From Eledone cirrhosa (lineage: Eukaryota), in assembly GCA_964016885.1 (NCBI GenBank), contig OZ024743.1, positions 154,814,001 through 154,878,000 of the forward strand: DNA of 64,000 bases. The letters run 5' to 3'. This document shows, one piece after another, positions 1 through 15,217 of this stretch. The notes under the pieces are model-generated. The model searched no databases, was not told the DNA's origin, and saw only the letters and a program-made list of their open reading frames with translations. Position 1 is the first letter of the stretch, and every line of letters begins with the position of its first letter. The translations under genes and the position numbers were made by a program.

Positions 1-140
1 TAAGAAACACACACACTAGTTGCTTTCACTCCAATTTATTATAAATTAAAAGGTTTTCCTACAAACATTTTTTTATTATGTTTTCAAAGGTTTTGCGGTT
101 GGTTGGTTGGTTCCACAACCGGAGGGTTGTTCATATATTG

Positions 141-181
141 TCAAAGTTCTTTCGTCACACATTATGTGACCTCTTCAGTGA
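141..181 (-). ncRNA. Minimal hammerhead ribozyme-like motif (degenerate)
   Basis: Minus strand reads UCA-CUGAAGA-G-GUCACA(uaaug)UGUGAC-GAAA-GAAC-UU-UGA. Core CUGANGA/GAAA/UH is present with a 6-bp stem II, but stems I and III are short. Confidence 0.5.
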
Positions 182-243
182 TTGGGGATTCTTTTCTTTG
201 TTTTGTGTCTCTCCTTTGTTCTGTCCTACGCCATCTTGTTTGT

Positions 244-321
<78 letters not shown>

Positions 322-531
322 TATTTCGTTTCTAAATTTGTTTAGCAAGATTCTTTATCTGAAATCGTGTGTTGAAACCGATATTGTTATACTTTGGGAG
401 GGTCATGTTGCCAATAAGAAACACACGCACCATGCTTTCACTTCAATTTATTATATATTTATAAATTTATAAATTTACAAATCTACAAAATTATAAATTT
501 CTGGTTGGTTGGTTGGTTCCACAACCAGATA

Positions 532-604
532 ATTGTTTATATATAGTCATAGTCCTTTCGTCACACACTATGTGACGAAAGGACTATGACTATATATAAA
601 CAAT
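532..604. repeat. Perfect hairpin, 34-bp arms with 5-nt loop
   Basis: attgtttatatatagtcatagtcctttcgtcaca-cacta-tgtgacgaaaggactatgactatatataaacaat. It lies in the second copy of a local duplication (~1-245 and ~414-660). Confidence 0.95.
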
Positions 605-917
605 GGGGATTCCTTTCTTTGTTTCTGTGCCTTTCCTTTCTTCTATCCTACGCCATTTTGTTTCTGTGTGTGTGTTGTGTGCTCAGTTTGCGCATGCGCC
701 ACATCCGGCTGTCTGTGTGTGTTTGTGTTCATTTATCTATTTGTTTATTTATTTATTTATTTATTATTGGTTGGTTGTTTGTTCTCTGTGTGTGTGTGTT
801 TTCATTTTGTCCTGTGTGTGTTTTCATTTTGTCCTTAATTGTAAGTTGTGATGTTGCTGTTCCACTCATATTTTCTATTTAATTTTGGTTGTAATTCGTT
901 TATGCTTACTGCCTCTG

Positions 918-1140
918 TAATTTGCCTAAACGTGCCGGCGTTGTATGGGCTTCGAAAAGACCATAAAACGGGCTGTGACCCTGTCGCGGGACCACCAACA
1001 CGGCCAGTCTGTGGAGCTAACATTGCTAGTAACTACAGACTGTCCTACTTCCTCTCCCTGATCATACGGTTACTCGCGCCGATTCTGCTGAGGAGGTCCT
1101 CCGTGCTGTCACATACATCTGGGGACATCTCAATGATGGG
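918..1140 (+). mobile_element. Penelope-like element RT N-terminal fragment
   Basis: ORF 848..1231 contains PALYGLRKDHK...PPTRPVCGANIASNYRLSYFLS, matching the PLE RT pre-motif pattern P-x-LYGL-x-K-x-HK...RP[IV]. Confidence 0.65.
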
Positions 1141-2392
1141 GCGTATGATTTTATATTATTTATACTCCAGTCCTACAAACTGTAGAGTGCTACTTATCCG
1201 ATATTTGCATTGCTTTATTGTGCTAAAGTAAAACTCACCTCCTACATATATATATATACACGCATACTTTCTGTAATCGATGGTGAAGAAGGGTTAAAGA
1301 TTTTTTGATCATGTTATGTGTAGTGGCTTGGGGTATATTTGGTGGCGAAAAACACAGTATATAATTTGTAATACTTTGTTAAGGGAATATGCAAATCCCA
1401 TTTCGTTGTCGAAGCATCCGCACCCCTTAGGATCATTGTGGTAAAGTTGACATTTATATTCTATCGTTCAGCTGATGCTGTAACTAGTAGATTCCTATTT
1501 CAACTTCCATAAATGGCTGGAGAACTTGGTCCTGTTTTCGGAATGACGCCACCTGATTGCTGTAACTTTTTTAAACTATTGTTCCGTAAGACCGATGTAC
1601 CACTTGAGATTGATAGTGCGTTGTGTTTGATGATTTCAATCTTGCCTTGTAGACTATATGGTGTCTGATATTCTCCCTCTAAACACATACATCTCTGATC
1701 TTACATTAACGTCCAGCTAGGTTGGTTAGTGATGGCTTAATGGTTATAATATATTTAATATTGAGCCTTGAGTTAAACTGACTTTTACGCTGTACCTAAG
1801 GAAGTGTGAGTGAGGATATACGCGTATATGTGCGCAACTGTATGTGTATGTATGTAAATACGTGTAGATACATGCGTGTGTGTTTATGTACGGATGCTGC
1901 ATGTTTGTGTGAGTGTATGTATTCATAAATATGTGTAAAGTTTTACGTAAAGTGACTTACCACCGCCAGTAATAGACATTCCAATGCATGAGGAACGGTC
2001 CTTGAATAAAATCAGCTTACTCAGGGGAAACTCAGAGAAACTACGAATGTATAAACCATTTTGTCATGTGCTTTATATAATATAGTCTTATTTCATGTAA
2101 TTGTTGTATATTATATAATATGCATTGTTGCATATTATGTAATATATTATGTATATATTTATTTCTAATGAAAGGAACACTTAAATTCCCGTGTAAGTCT
2201 TTTCTATAACAAGAGAAATTTATATATATATATATATATGTATAAGATAGATAGATATAGATATTTAGATACCTAGATAGATACAGAGATAGATGTATAG
2301 ATATATAGATAGGTATATATATATTGGTAGATTGATAAAAAGTGTATATTTACATGAACATTTCGCGTATGATTTGATATAAAATCACAGTC

Positions 2393-2474
<82 letters not shown>

Positions 2475-2547
2475 GTGTGGGGGGGGGATTTCCAAATGAT
2501 AAGGTATGATTATCATGTGTACGTCTCTATTTATGAAACAGACTTTG

Positions 2548-2612
2548 TATTTTATCTGAGGAATGCGTACCAATGTTGTGTTGGTTGCCCTTGAAATATA
2601 TATAATAAAATA
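2548..2612 (+). ncRNA. Minimal type-I hammerhead ribozyme
   Basis: UAUUUUAU-CUGAGGA-[imperfect stem II]-GAAA-UAUAUA-UA-AUAAAAUA. Stem I is a perfect 8 bp and stem III is palindromic. Same family as the copies at 41889 and 42029. Confidence 0.75.
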
Positions 2613-2651
2613 AATATGGTTTTATAAATATAGTTTCCATTTATTTAATAT

Positions 2652-2695
<44 letters not shown>

Positions 2696-2764
2696 TATGA
2701 AGAGAGAAGAAACATTTAGATATAATTAGTAATAAAATGTATCATACCTAAACTGCTCCTAAAT

Positions 2765-2854
2765 TCCTCGACTACGTAGTTTCGTGGCATAAACAAAAAC
2801 AATATATCATAAAGATATAGAGTCCTTGCGAGGTCTGCCGACTTATCAAGAGGA
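2765..2854 (-). ncRNA. Hammerhead ribozyme, U3:A8 core variant (copy 1)
   Basis: UCCUC-UUGAUAA-GU(C)GGCA...UGCCAC-GAAA-CUACGUAG-UC-GAGGA: 5-bp stem I, palindromic stem III ACUACGUAGU, GUC cleavage triplet. Confidence 0.75.
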
Positions 2855-3358
2855 TACCTCATTTTACTAGTCTCAAGAACGCGTCTACACGACGTGAGAA
2901 AGAATCCCAAAAGGCGGAGGGGGAGATAGTCACGCGATATAACGGTCGAGAAACAGAGCTAAGCCTCTTATAACCCCGAAGAAAATACCACGGAGGCGGA
3001 GGGGGTATTTATATCGAGGCCGTAGAAGAGGTGGTGAAGAAGGCGAGAAGTATGAGTAATGGAAGCTTTCCGGCTGTCCCCACACCTCAAAGGTTGCTCG
3101 ACCAGAGGGAGTTATTAACAATATATTTAGAAACACACAGATACATGCGGACACACACAGATATACATGAATGCATCCGCACCCAACTGTGAGTTAAGGG
3201 TGCCAACTTCACCGATGTTGCTCAATGAATGACTGGGACAGCCAATTCAGTTGAACTAGACTGAACCAGTATCAGAGTTAAAAATACATTATGAAGAGAG
3301 AAGAAACATTTAGATATAATTAGTAATAAAATGTATCATACCTAAACTGCTCCTAAAT

Positions 3359-3448
3359 TCCTCGACTACGTAGTTTCGTGGCATAAACAAAAACAATATA
3401 TCATAAAGATATAGAGTCCTTGCGAGGTCTGCCGACTTATCAAGAGGA
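3359..3448 (-). ncRNA. Hammerhead ribozyme, U3:A8 core variant (copy 2)
   Basis: Same sequence as 2765-2854, in the second repeat copy. Confidence 0.75.
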
Positions 3449-3741
3449 TACCTCATTTTACTAGTCTCAAGAACGCGTCTACACGACGTGAGAAAGAATC
3501 CCAAAAGGCGGAGGGGGAGATAGTCATGCGATATAACGGTCGAGAAACAGAGCTAAGCCTCTTATAACCCCGAAGAAAATACCACGGAGGCGGAGGGGGT
3601 ATTTATATCGAGGCCGTAGAAGAGGTGGTGAAGAAGGCGAGAAGTATGAGTAATGGAAGCTTTCCGGCTGTCCCCACACCTCAAAGGTTGCTCGACCAGA
3701 GGGAGTTATTAACAATATATTTAGAAACACACAGATACATG

Positions 3742-4968
<1,227 letters not shown>

Positions 4969-4976
4969 GTATATAC

Positions 4977-5069
<93 letters not shown>

Positions 5070-8000
5070 CATACGCACACACATACACACACATACACAC
5101 GCACTTACACATACAGACACACACACATAACCCAACAGGATAAATGATTTATTACCGCTTTTCGGCTTTTTGACACTCCCTTTTCAACGTGTTATGGTTG
5201 TAAGGACATACATATTGTATATTTGTATACACAATGTTTTTATGTGCTTGCATGTGTATGGGTTTCTCATATATAAATCTGTATAAACCTGTAAGGTTGT
5301 GTTTATCTCTTTATGAACCTTAGCTATCATTCACATAGTAAAACAATGTCAGCCAAAATGGATATATAAATTCTATGTAACACTATTCTTCGCAACATTT
5401 TCTCTATTATTCAATTAATATAATTTGAATATGTTTGTTTAACAGAAATTTCACGTCTATTAAATGTTTCTATGTTGTTGTGCGTGTGCGTGTTTATGTA
5501 TGTGTGCGTGTCTGCCCGTGTATTTATGTGTTTGTTTGTTTGTATCTGTATTTAGGATTCTATAGAAATATATAAAATAAAGAAATATATCTATGTTTAT
5601 GTGGCCAAAATTGGCGGTCCGTAAAAACGGGGATAGGTAAAACAAACACCTGACTTGAAACAATGTGCAGTGGGGTTGATGCGCTCCACTAAATTCTGCT
5701 GGTGTTCAAGCATGACTGCAGTCTACTGACGGAGTCAAAATTAAAGACTAACCAGATATCTGTTTGTGCTGTGTGCGTGTGCGGGCTTATATGGATGAGT
5801 GTATGAATGTGTTTTTGCGTGAACAACATTTGCGTGCATAAAATACTTTACTGTGAAGGGCAATGTTTATTTCTGAAAATCAACAAGGATATCTTAACCC
5901 CCACAAAGGAACTAATCTAAATAACTCATACTTTAAGAAAAACACATTACATATAGTACAGAATGCATACGCGAATATGAACAAACACAGTGTTATGGCT
6001 GCTAGCCATTCCATAAGTGCATTCAACTGCACATTGTAGTATATTCATATAACCCGACTTTACGTCATGGCATTTCGATTTCCGTAATGGCTTGGTCATT
6101 AGCCTTACTTTCCTTCTATAATAATAGGGATAATTTAGTTTGTGAAATACAGTTCTGGCATCATATCCCTAAAATAGTTCTCTTTGATGGATTTTATTAT
6201 CATAAGTGTCAATAATACTGGCATGCAAATATATCATGAAGGGTATAGATAAATTTAATCTTTCGAATTTTACTTAAGTATAACCTTGTATCATTAATAG
6301 AACATCCTTGATTATGCAGCTGGAAGGCTCTCTGATTTTTCGTTTCTTGTAGGATTTCAGAACTGGAATCAAAGCGAATATTGATTTTTGTTGTTAGGTA
6401 ACATGTGGAAAAGTCCTGCTTCAAACTAACAACTACGTTGAATCTTTATAGATTATTTTAGATTAATTCTCAGCCAATTAAGTATCTCCACCTGCGACAA
6501 CAAAACAACATTACATGAATTTAAATAGAAGACTCAGAAAACACTTGCATATATATGATATTGATTTTGTATGTGCACCAACGTACAGCGACACAAACCA
6601 AACCACCCTCCCCTTACATATGCCTCCCCATATATATATATATACATACCCATCCATAAGTATTTTCTCTGAATATTATTTAAATCCTTTCGATCGATCA
6701 CTGTTCACCGTGGTATTGGCATGACGCCCCGATATGGATTTACAGGAAGAGTCTTAAATATACACACATGGTAGTTGGTACGCGTTCAAGGTTTTACGCG
6801 GTCACAGTGTAATGTTAATGCTTATAGAATTACACACACGCACTCACACACTCACATGCACGCGCGCAAGCCAATGCTCTCATGAATATAGAGAAATATG
6901 TTTCTGTGTGTGTGCACCTGGGATTCGATTGGGACAACAAGCCTCTTTCACGACTATACTTCGAGAACTGCCTGATATTATTTATATTCTTGTTGCCATA
7001 CCGTGACTAACTGGAATGTTTGTTCTCAGCATGTTAGTTCATTCATCTTAAATAAGGGCAAGAGTCATGTATAAACTATTTTTCATTGCTATGTCATTGG
7101 TAACATCATATATATAAAGTACAACTCGAATGATTCCAATGGCTTCAAATTTTACAAAACCTACTGAAAGTTTATGATATGTATTACAATAAATAATCAT
7201 AATGTAATCGTTGTTTGAGCCAGTTCAATTTGGTAGTTCAAAGGAAAATTTGTGAGTGTGATATTGGGCAATATATTTACAACCTATCAATTATGTATAT
7301 ACATTAAGTTTGATATACCTACACATTTTCAAATTTATCAGAACTATGTGTGATATCATTCGATTAATTTCAACATTGTGAGCATACAAAATATGTTGAA
7401 AGTCATATATACCCCGATGTTTTGAACTCGTTTCCCCAATCAATTCAAAATGAAACCAATATATTAGACTGCACTTAATACCTGCATGAAGATACTTAGC
7501 CAGTCTATTCATTTACGTGATTTTATTTATTCATTAGCATTTTATTTATTCATTAGCATTTGTTAGGCCTCAATTCTGGTCTACCAGAGTAGACAATTAT
7601 TACCAGCTCATCCCGAATCGTCAGCTCAACCCGAATTATCATATTAGGGAACTACTGATATATTGAGATTTCCCTATAATGGTGAAGTACATGTCATGTT
7701 TACCTTTTTTATATAGGACATATTTGTGTTAATTTCGTTGTCTGAAATGAGTCAACTACTAGGCTGAGCATAAACGGACTTCATTAATCTGACCATCATT
7801 GGGCCTGATGTCTCCTGTCAGCCTAAAAGTATGCATGAAGAAGAATCAATCTTTCTCCGAATGCATGAATTCTGCTATATTCCATTATATCCGTTTTGTC
7901 TGGTAATCTAATCAGGATTGAATGAAAGTCAATCAGTAGAAATATATTCCATATTTGATATGAACTCGATGCAACAGAACATCAGCATGTCATCTAATGC

Positions 8001-9770
8001 ATGGAATAGACGAGGAACAATCCAATATTATGTTACACAAGTTTCATTGTTAGTGTTAAACTTCATATACGTTAGACATACACTGCATAGATATAAAAAT
8101 ATAGAATCAATGCAAATTGATCACATCACCATTATTGTTGGTGTGATCATGGGCTGGTAAATCGCAATTCAAATCCACACGTGTTACTAAATGTGAAGAT
8201 ATAGAAAGAAGATAGGTATAACTAATAATAATATAAAAAGAAACAACATAGTACATATTAAATTGAAATCAAAGAAAAAGGGAAAGGAATCTAAAAGTTT
8301 ATATATTTTTTTCTGAAACAGGTTAAAAAAAAAACCATACACTTATCTTTTGCCGGCAGAGTATATTCAGCTTACGATTTTCCTAGGAATAATCAGGGCT
8401 GAATTTTGTTAAAAGATTTAATAAATTCGTTAATAAATTTAGTATATAATGTTCCATATATGTAAGCCATCGAAATCATAATGATCTAAATATTAATTTC
8501 CATACGACTTGACGAGTATACAGCATGGCATCCTTATTTTTAATTTGAAATAATTAATGCACTACATTCTGTGCAGTCAAATTAAAACTTATCCTGATAA
8601 CACAGCTCTCAAATAAACCAAAAAAATATCTAGGCAATTCTATCTAAACATAATTACCAAAATAACCATTAACAACATTCACATTCGTAGCAGACTTTTG
8701 TATTGCTGTGATATTAATGTATTTAACAACTTCAAAGAAATATCAGACTTTGAAATGGGCAATTAAAAACAAAACCACAGTAAATGTGCCCCTACTGGTT
8801 AATACACTGCCAAGCAATATATTTTGTTGAACTGTATTTTATGGGTCCTTTTAATGTATGCATGGTTGCTTCCATGTAAGAGTCTATATGTAGACACACA
8901 ACCACTCAAATGTATATACATTCTTACACACGGACACATTTATACACATGTATGTGTATGAGGAAGTGTTTTCACCTCATGATCACTTGGTCATCGAAAT
9001 AGTCGAGATGGAGATTTCCGGTGTCCATGGTTCTCAGACCACCTACTTACTCACTACTATAAGAGCTGTAGTGCCTACTTGCATGAGGGAGCATCATCAT
9101 TTAGAATCGCTATTTTGATGCTTCACTCTTGCCATTTTACGGAACAACGCTTTCTCCAATCTGCCAGCATAACGCCCTTTCGTAAAGACGCTAGCGTGTG
9201 AGTTAAAATATACTATCTGACGTACCCAGCTTCGCCCGAGTAAACACATTATAAGAGAAGACAGGTAAAAGAGAAAATGACTGTATTGGATGTTTGTCTG
9301 TTGACAGTATGAGACGATTCCGTGTTGTCTGTGTGATACAAAAAACAGTAAAGAAAATCTTCCTGATATACCAGATTCTTCGTTGTACGGTGTGTGCATA
9401 GTATATGAACAATTCTAGGTGCTTCCACCTAGAATAGGGACCTCTTTTATATTATATGTAGATATAGATATAGATAATTAATATAAAAGATGTCCATCAA
9501 TGTAAAAAACGCTCCTATTTACTTGAAATGGTTTATACAAATGCCAAATTAATATGGATATGGATAACATGCTTATCTGTAAGTGGTCAGCTATAATAAT
9601 AAAACAACAAATTATATGACACAAAAATGTATTCACTAATTTCCAGTTCTTAGCCACTGAGTAATAGACAGTCAATATTGCCCAGAGTTCAACTAGGGGA
9701 GGTGGCCTGGTTTGAACTTCAAATGGCGAATCCTTCTACTTCAAAAATAGAATCGTTTTTCAATATTACT

Positions 9771-12700
9771 CTAGCCATGGCCGGCCATAGGCAACAACCT
9801 TTTGCCGGACTCAGCATATGATGAGGTTTTATTACCACTGCAATCAGAAGCGATACATTTGAAGGCAATTGAAGGCAATTTCTACCAATACTTGTTGGTT
9901 TTTATTGCTCATTATCGACAATAAATGACATTGAACATAAATGATAACTCTGTCAAAGCTCACAATACAGATGAAGGCTCACCAATGTCCAAATCATTTA
10001 CGTCGCTTATTGATAGCATTAAAAATATGCATACATCAGCTCAAAGCTTCATTGTAGACAATAGTCAGCGTTGTTCCTGTGTTAGTGGTATCAATTGCAC
10101 ATTTTATACCATCAGGATCGCACACTCGAGATACGGCAACATACAGTTGCCCTTGGCTGAATGCTGGACAATTCAAGTAGACACCGACTGGCTTGAAAGT
10201 CTGTTCCCGTGTCTTGTTGACAGTCATGGAGAAGGCCAAATTGACGGGAAACTGTGTCCTTTGCCAAATGAATGGCAGTAGATCTTCACTTGGTCTCAGC
10301 ATGATCCACGGAATAAGAAACGATTCCTCTCTGCCTGGGAGTTTAGCTTCTAAAACTCTTACGTTAATCAATCTCTCAACATTCAATCTGATACTATTGC
10401 AAATACCCATTTTATGATTGATATTTCTAAGCTATATAATCGGCATACCCTTTTTCGACCTCAAAATATGTGTGGGAAATCCGGTTATTTGAAGTGAATT
10501 CAGATACTCAGTCGGAACATCCATATTGTTCTTCTGATTAGGCTCCATTGTATCCGCACTGACGGTCAACCATTCCTCTCCACGAAACATTCCGGCAACT
10601 TGTGAATTTATATCATCGACCGTTGCATTCGTAATAGTTAGGATAACGCGTTCCGATATCCAGGAGATATTCTGCCAAAAAGCATTCAAAATAGGGAAGA
10701 ACCAGTCAATCAGTGCTTGGCGGTCCAGTGGCATGACCAAATGGACTGGGATTCTTACAGTGTGATTATCACCAACGTATGGCAATTCATTGTTTCCCAA
10801 CTGCATCAACCATCGGCCGTATGTCTCAGCCTCTTCGTCTTGCCCGAACATACGGAGTCGCATATTATCGTATAATCGCAAAACTCTAAAATGGCCCCTC
10901 AACGGGGACTTTTTCAGACATTCATCGACAATTTGCGCTCTTTGAGCATTCATAACAATTGGTAGCATCTGTCTGAAATCGCCACCAAGAACGATAGTCT
11001 TACCACCGAATGGCAGGTCACTACCGCCGATATCTCTCGAAGTTCTGACCAATGCCTCCAGCTAAATTCTGTGTGCCATAGGAGCCTCGTCCCAAATAAT
11101 CAGAGACGTATTGCGTATAAGGCCCGCGAGTTCACTTTGTCTTGTAATGTTACAGACACTCAACTCATCCGGAGCCAATGGAGCCTTGAAGCATGAGTGG
11201 AAGGTTCTTCCACCACTCAGCAAAATGGCAGCGAACCCACTGGTGGCCACAGGGAGAGCAATCTTCCTCTGAGCTCTGATTGCCGATAACATGTGTTCAA
11301 ACAGAATGTTTTTCCGGTGCCTCCTGGAGCATCTATGAAAGCACAAAGTTGCTCATTAGTGGAAATCGAGTGGAGAACGCCATCGACCAATTCTCTATGA
11401 AATTGGGTCAACATTGGCATACGTTCATCCACAATACGTTGCTTTTCCAGTGGATCAAACTGGAAGAGTTCCCTCCGATCAAGTGACAACCGTCTAAGCT
11501 GCAATCTCATGGTCAAATCTAAGACACGTTGCCGCATTTCTTCATCAGGAATTGGCAAATTGAAATCTGTTAAACATTTCAAATGAACTTCAAGCGGTTG
11601 CTCAATATTGAGCAAAACAATAGCCTTCATCAAACTTTCATCATCGACCTGAAGATGATGCCTGAAATCATCAGCCATAAATCCCCAATGGCGTTCAAAT
11701 AACTCTCTTGGATCGGCAGGGTTGCAGAATCCTAGAATCGTGACAAACAACTGCCTTATTTGAGCTGGCATCTGTGTTGTTCCTGCAGCTTCCATGGCGT
11801 TATTCCATTCAGCGTCATCCTGAAGGATTCCCAGATGTTGTCACGCAGCCTGATATGATTCATATTCCACGCCATTGATTGTTTTCAAATCAGCGAAGTT
11901 CTGTTTACCTCTCGAAAAATTACTATCCAACAGAATGCAGAAATAAAACACATCACCAGATGCTGGATGGACATTACAAACCCGTCCAATAATCATGAAT
12001 TTCAACTTTTGTTTTCTATCATTCCATTTCTTTCCCTTCTTATCCTACGTATAGTGCGAAGGAAAATCGCAGTAGAGTTGCCTTTGATCTGGGTTCAAAG
12101 CATGTTCCCTATTATGCTTGAACCACTCAGTCGATTCCGTCTTAGGGGGTGGTACGTTAGCAATTATTTCGACACCTCTACTAGTGTCCTGAAAACAGAA
12201 CATTTGCCTACTCTCTAAGTGAACCGTCAGTTTCTGAACGCTGGGTTTGCGTTCATTGAGATGAAAATCGAACAATCTCCAGCAAGCTTCGCTAGATCCA
12301 ATCGAGCGACCATCCTGGAACCTGCCAACATCATATCCTTCGTTCGCTTCCTCATTCCTGACATTGATCATTGCCCGCTCAAGACCTTTGTAAACATATT
12401 TGAATAGATATTTGCAAGCTTTCACTGAGCTACAAATTCCCACATTAATATGACAACGATATTTCATAATCAAATATGGATTGTATGGCTCAACCCATTG
12501 ATTTGTAACCTGTCGACCGTAAAATGATCAGCAAATGTGCATGTGACAATCCGCTTTTTCGGAATTCAATTATCTTTTTCCACATAATCCATTATCTTTT
12601 TCAGATATCCTTTGAATTCTCTTGCCACAATATCAGGACGGTCCTTTGACTGTTGTGGTGCCAAAAGTGCATCCTTAATATCAGTCAATTCAGGATTGCA

Positions 12701-14310
12701 TGTAACCGTTATAAACAAATCTGGCTTTCCAAACTTTCTGACAATACCAATTGCATTCTGATAGCAAATGTTCATATATCACGGGGCGCCGATGAACGAC
12801 GATGGCAAAATGATGCGTCGACCAAGTTGCTTGTAATTGGAATCATCGGCTGTTATCGCATCCTGTATATTATTATACAATTCAGCTCTGAAATGTTGCT
12901 GATGTGGAGCTATATAATTTAGCCTTTGATTTTCGATCTTTCCGTATGCCATACAACAGTATTCCTGGAACAATCTGCTGGCTTGAAATAGTGTATTTCT
13001 CTGTTGATTCTTCTCATTCAAATGGAACGCGTAAAAGTCGCGAATCGAATGATTGCTTCTATTGCCACCCCCCTGTTGATGCTGATTCTCATGATCATCT
13101 AAATGTTCACCTTTTGGAAATAAAAAACATAATGCAATGGATCGTATGCTCTATTTGTCTCATTGATAGTCTTGAAACCACCATCTCTGCGACTGAATAC
13201 GATATCTCTCGATCTAGGCTTATCGTCCATCAACACAGCAACTTCACAAAATCCCTCAGGGGCATTATATCGCCGTTCGTGTTGATACCTCGGCACTGCC
13301 TCAGCCATAATCACCAATGTTTGCTGCTGAACATTTTGCATTTCAGCCGCCAACATGAAATCCATAACATAAGGATTACACTGTCTAAGCCATAATTGCA
13401 AATCACGGATCAAATCACTTAAATTTTGCCGTTCAAGTTCAGTTATATATCTCGGCAACTTCATCCAACCGATCCTGATATCCTCTTCCGATTCACTATA
13501 ATCTGGATAGTGAACGTAAATTAGAGCAAATCGAAGCCATCTCCGAAGAAACATCTAAATTACCGATACAATGATACAAACGGCCTTGAATGACTACATT
13601 GGTCTGCTATTCTCCGCTCTCAAACATCTCACTAACTCTCTGCGATGCTAATGAATTGTTAATTTGCCGCGAATATTTGCGCGGTAATCTACTTCGGTCT
13701 CCTTGATCACCCCACATACTTAGTATTGTAAACTCCGGTGACACCTCATCATCCGGCATTCGCAAGAGGTTCTAGTTGAACTGCTCCTTTATGACAGCAC
13801 ATTGTGGTTCACGTCTTTTCGTGCCTCCAAAGCAATGCTCCACAATGTAGACACTCTGCTCGTTCACCTATCTGAAAATGACACGGTTGCCATGATCCAT
13901 TTTTAATATCATTCGTTCGCCTTCTAGCCTCTTTACTGGAATGAGGAGCACTTTGGCGACACATTCTCTGAACTTCTGTATTGCGCTGGCGCTGTTCAGC
14001 CAGATCCTCATTATCAATCGCAGCACGCCGTTGCTGCTGAATTATGGCCATCTGCTGATAATGCTCAGCCAGTTCGTCTTCAACCATTGTAGCACGCTGT
14101 AGCTGCTTGGCTCCAGTGTTTCGTTGGCGCTGTTTAGCCAGCTCCTCTTCATTCATGGCGGAACCTCTTCGCCTCTGAAGTTCAGCGTTCCGATGGCGCT
14201 CTTCGGCCCGTGTTTCTTCATTGCTGGCTGCACGCCGTCGCCGCTGTAGTTCACTGTTTGATAATGTCGAATTGCTTTTATTGTCAGTATTCATTTCGAG
14301 CAATTGTCAA
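9771..14310 (-). mobile_element. Helitron, degenerate autonomous RepHel (HUH Rep + PIF1-family helicase)
   Basis: N-terminal Zn finger CLHCGALLW...CC; Rep motifs FITVTCNP, IEFRKSGLSHAHLLI (~12526-12570) and KYLFKYVYKG; helicase motifs DAPGGTGKTF, IIWDEAPMAHR, GGDFRQMLP, QFPVNLAFSMTVNK and SQGQLYVAVSRV. Many stops and frameshifts. Candidate 3' palindrome plus CTAG at 9771-9815; termini are uncertain. Confidence 0.93.
10036..14303 (-). pseudogene. RepHel coding remnants (ORFs 13809-14303, 13099-13554, 12779-13021, 12566-12775, 12045-12473, 11217-11795, 11062-11346, 10432-11052, 10036-10410)
   Basis: Collinear fragments appear in canonical Helitron domain order. Confidence 0.9.
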
Positions 14311-14317
14311 ACAATTA

Positions 14318-14890
14318 CACAATAATAAATATAAAAGATGTTTGGCAATGTAAAGAAAGGTCCCTATTTACTCTCTCCACAACTCTGTGTATGTTAGACT
14401 GACAGACAGTAACACAGACAGATAAACTGCGTCGCGATTGTGGAACGCCACACACATACACGCATGGAAACGCGCACACGCACGTAAACTTACACTCGCA
14501 CACACTCACACATGTTGATAGATTTTACTTTCTGTGGAACGCTGCACGCACGCACACACATATAAACATACGTGCACATACATACACACGGACACATGTT
14601 AATAGTTATTGCTTTCCTTCCCCTCTTATTTCCACGCATCACACACATGTCTCTACACTGATACATATAGATAGTGTAAAAAAAATGACACAATAATAAA
14701 TATAAAAGATGTCCGTCAATGTAAAGAAAAGTCCCTATTTACTCCCTTCACAACTCTGTGTATGTTAGGCTGACAGACAAGCACACAGATAGATACACTG
14801 TGATTACTTACTTTGGAACGCTGCACGTACGCATGCACACATAAACATACGCGCACGTACATACACACGCACACATGTTAATAGTTATTG
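14318..14890. repeat. Diverged tandem duplication (~370-bp period) upstream of the Helitron ORF
   Basis: acaataataaatataaaagatg...caatgtaaagaaa.gtccctatttactc...cacaactctgtgtatgttag occurs at ~14318 and ~14688, with a related motif at ~9480. Confidence 0.75.
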
Positions 14891-15217
14891 AACACAGCGT
14901 TCACACTCTCCCCTGTCACTCCCTCATTTGCATTATGCATATTAATTTCAGTTTGGCGTCGTTGGGCGGAGTCGTTCGAAACCTATGAACCAATGATAAT
15001 CGATAATTGTGACACACGGAATACTGACGTTCTTCAAATGAATAAATAGATATAACTTCACTTTGTAACGGGCAGTGTCGGAAGCCTGTCCTGTGGGATT
15101 AGTAAACGAAATCTTTGATTTTAGTAAACGAAATATATGTCCAGAAATATAGTACGACTGCGTTTTGAAGTAAATACTATACATTTTAGTTCCCGCCATT
15201 TGATAATAATTTACAAA

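Noticed and set aside
78-472. Poly-(YI), poly-(CV), poly-(RE) and poly-(SL) ORFs throughout the window
   Set aside because: They are translations of dinucleotide microsatellites, not genes.
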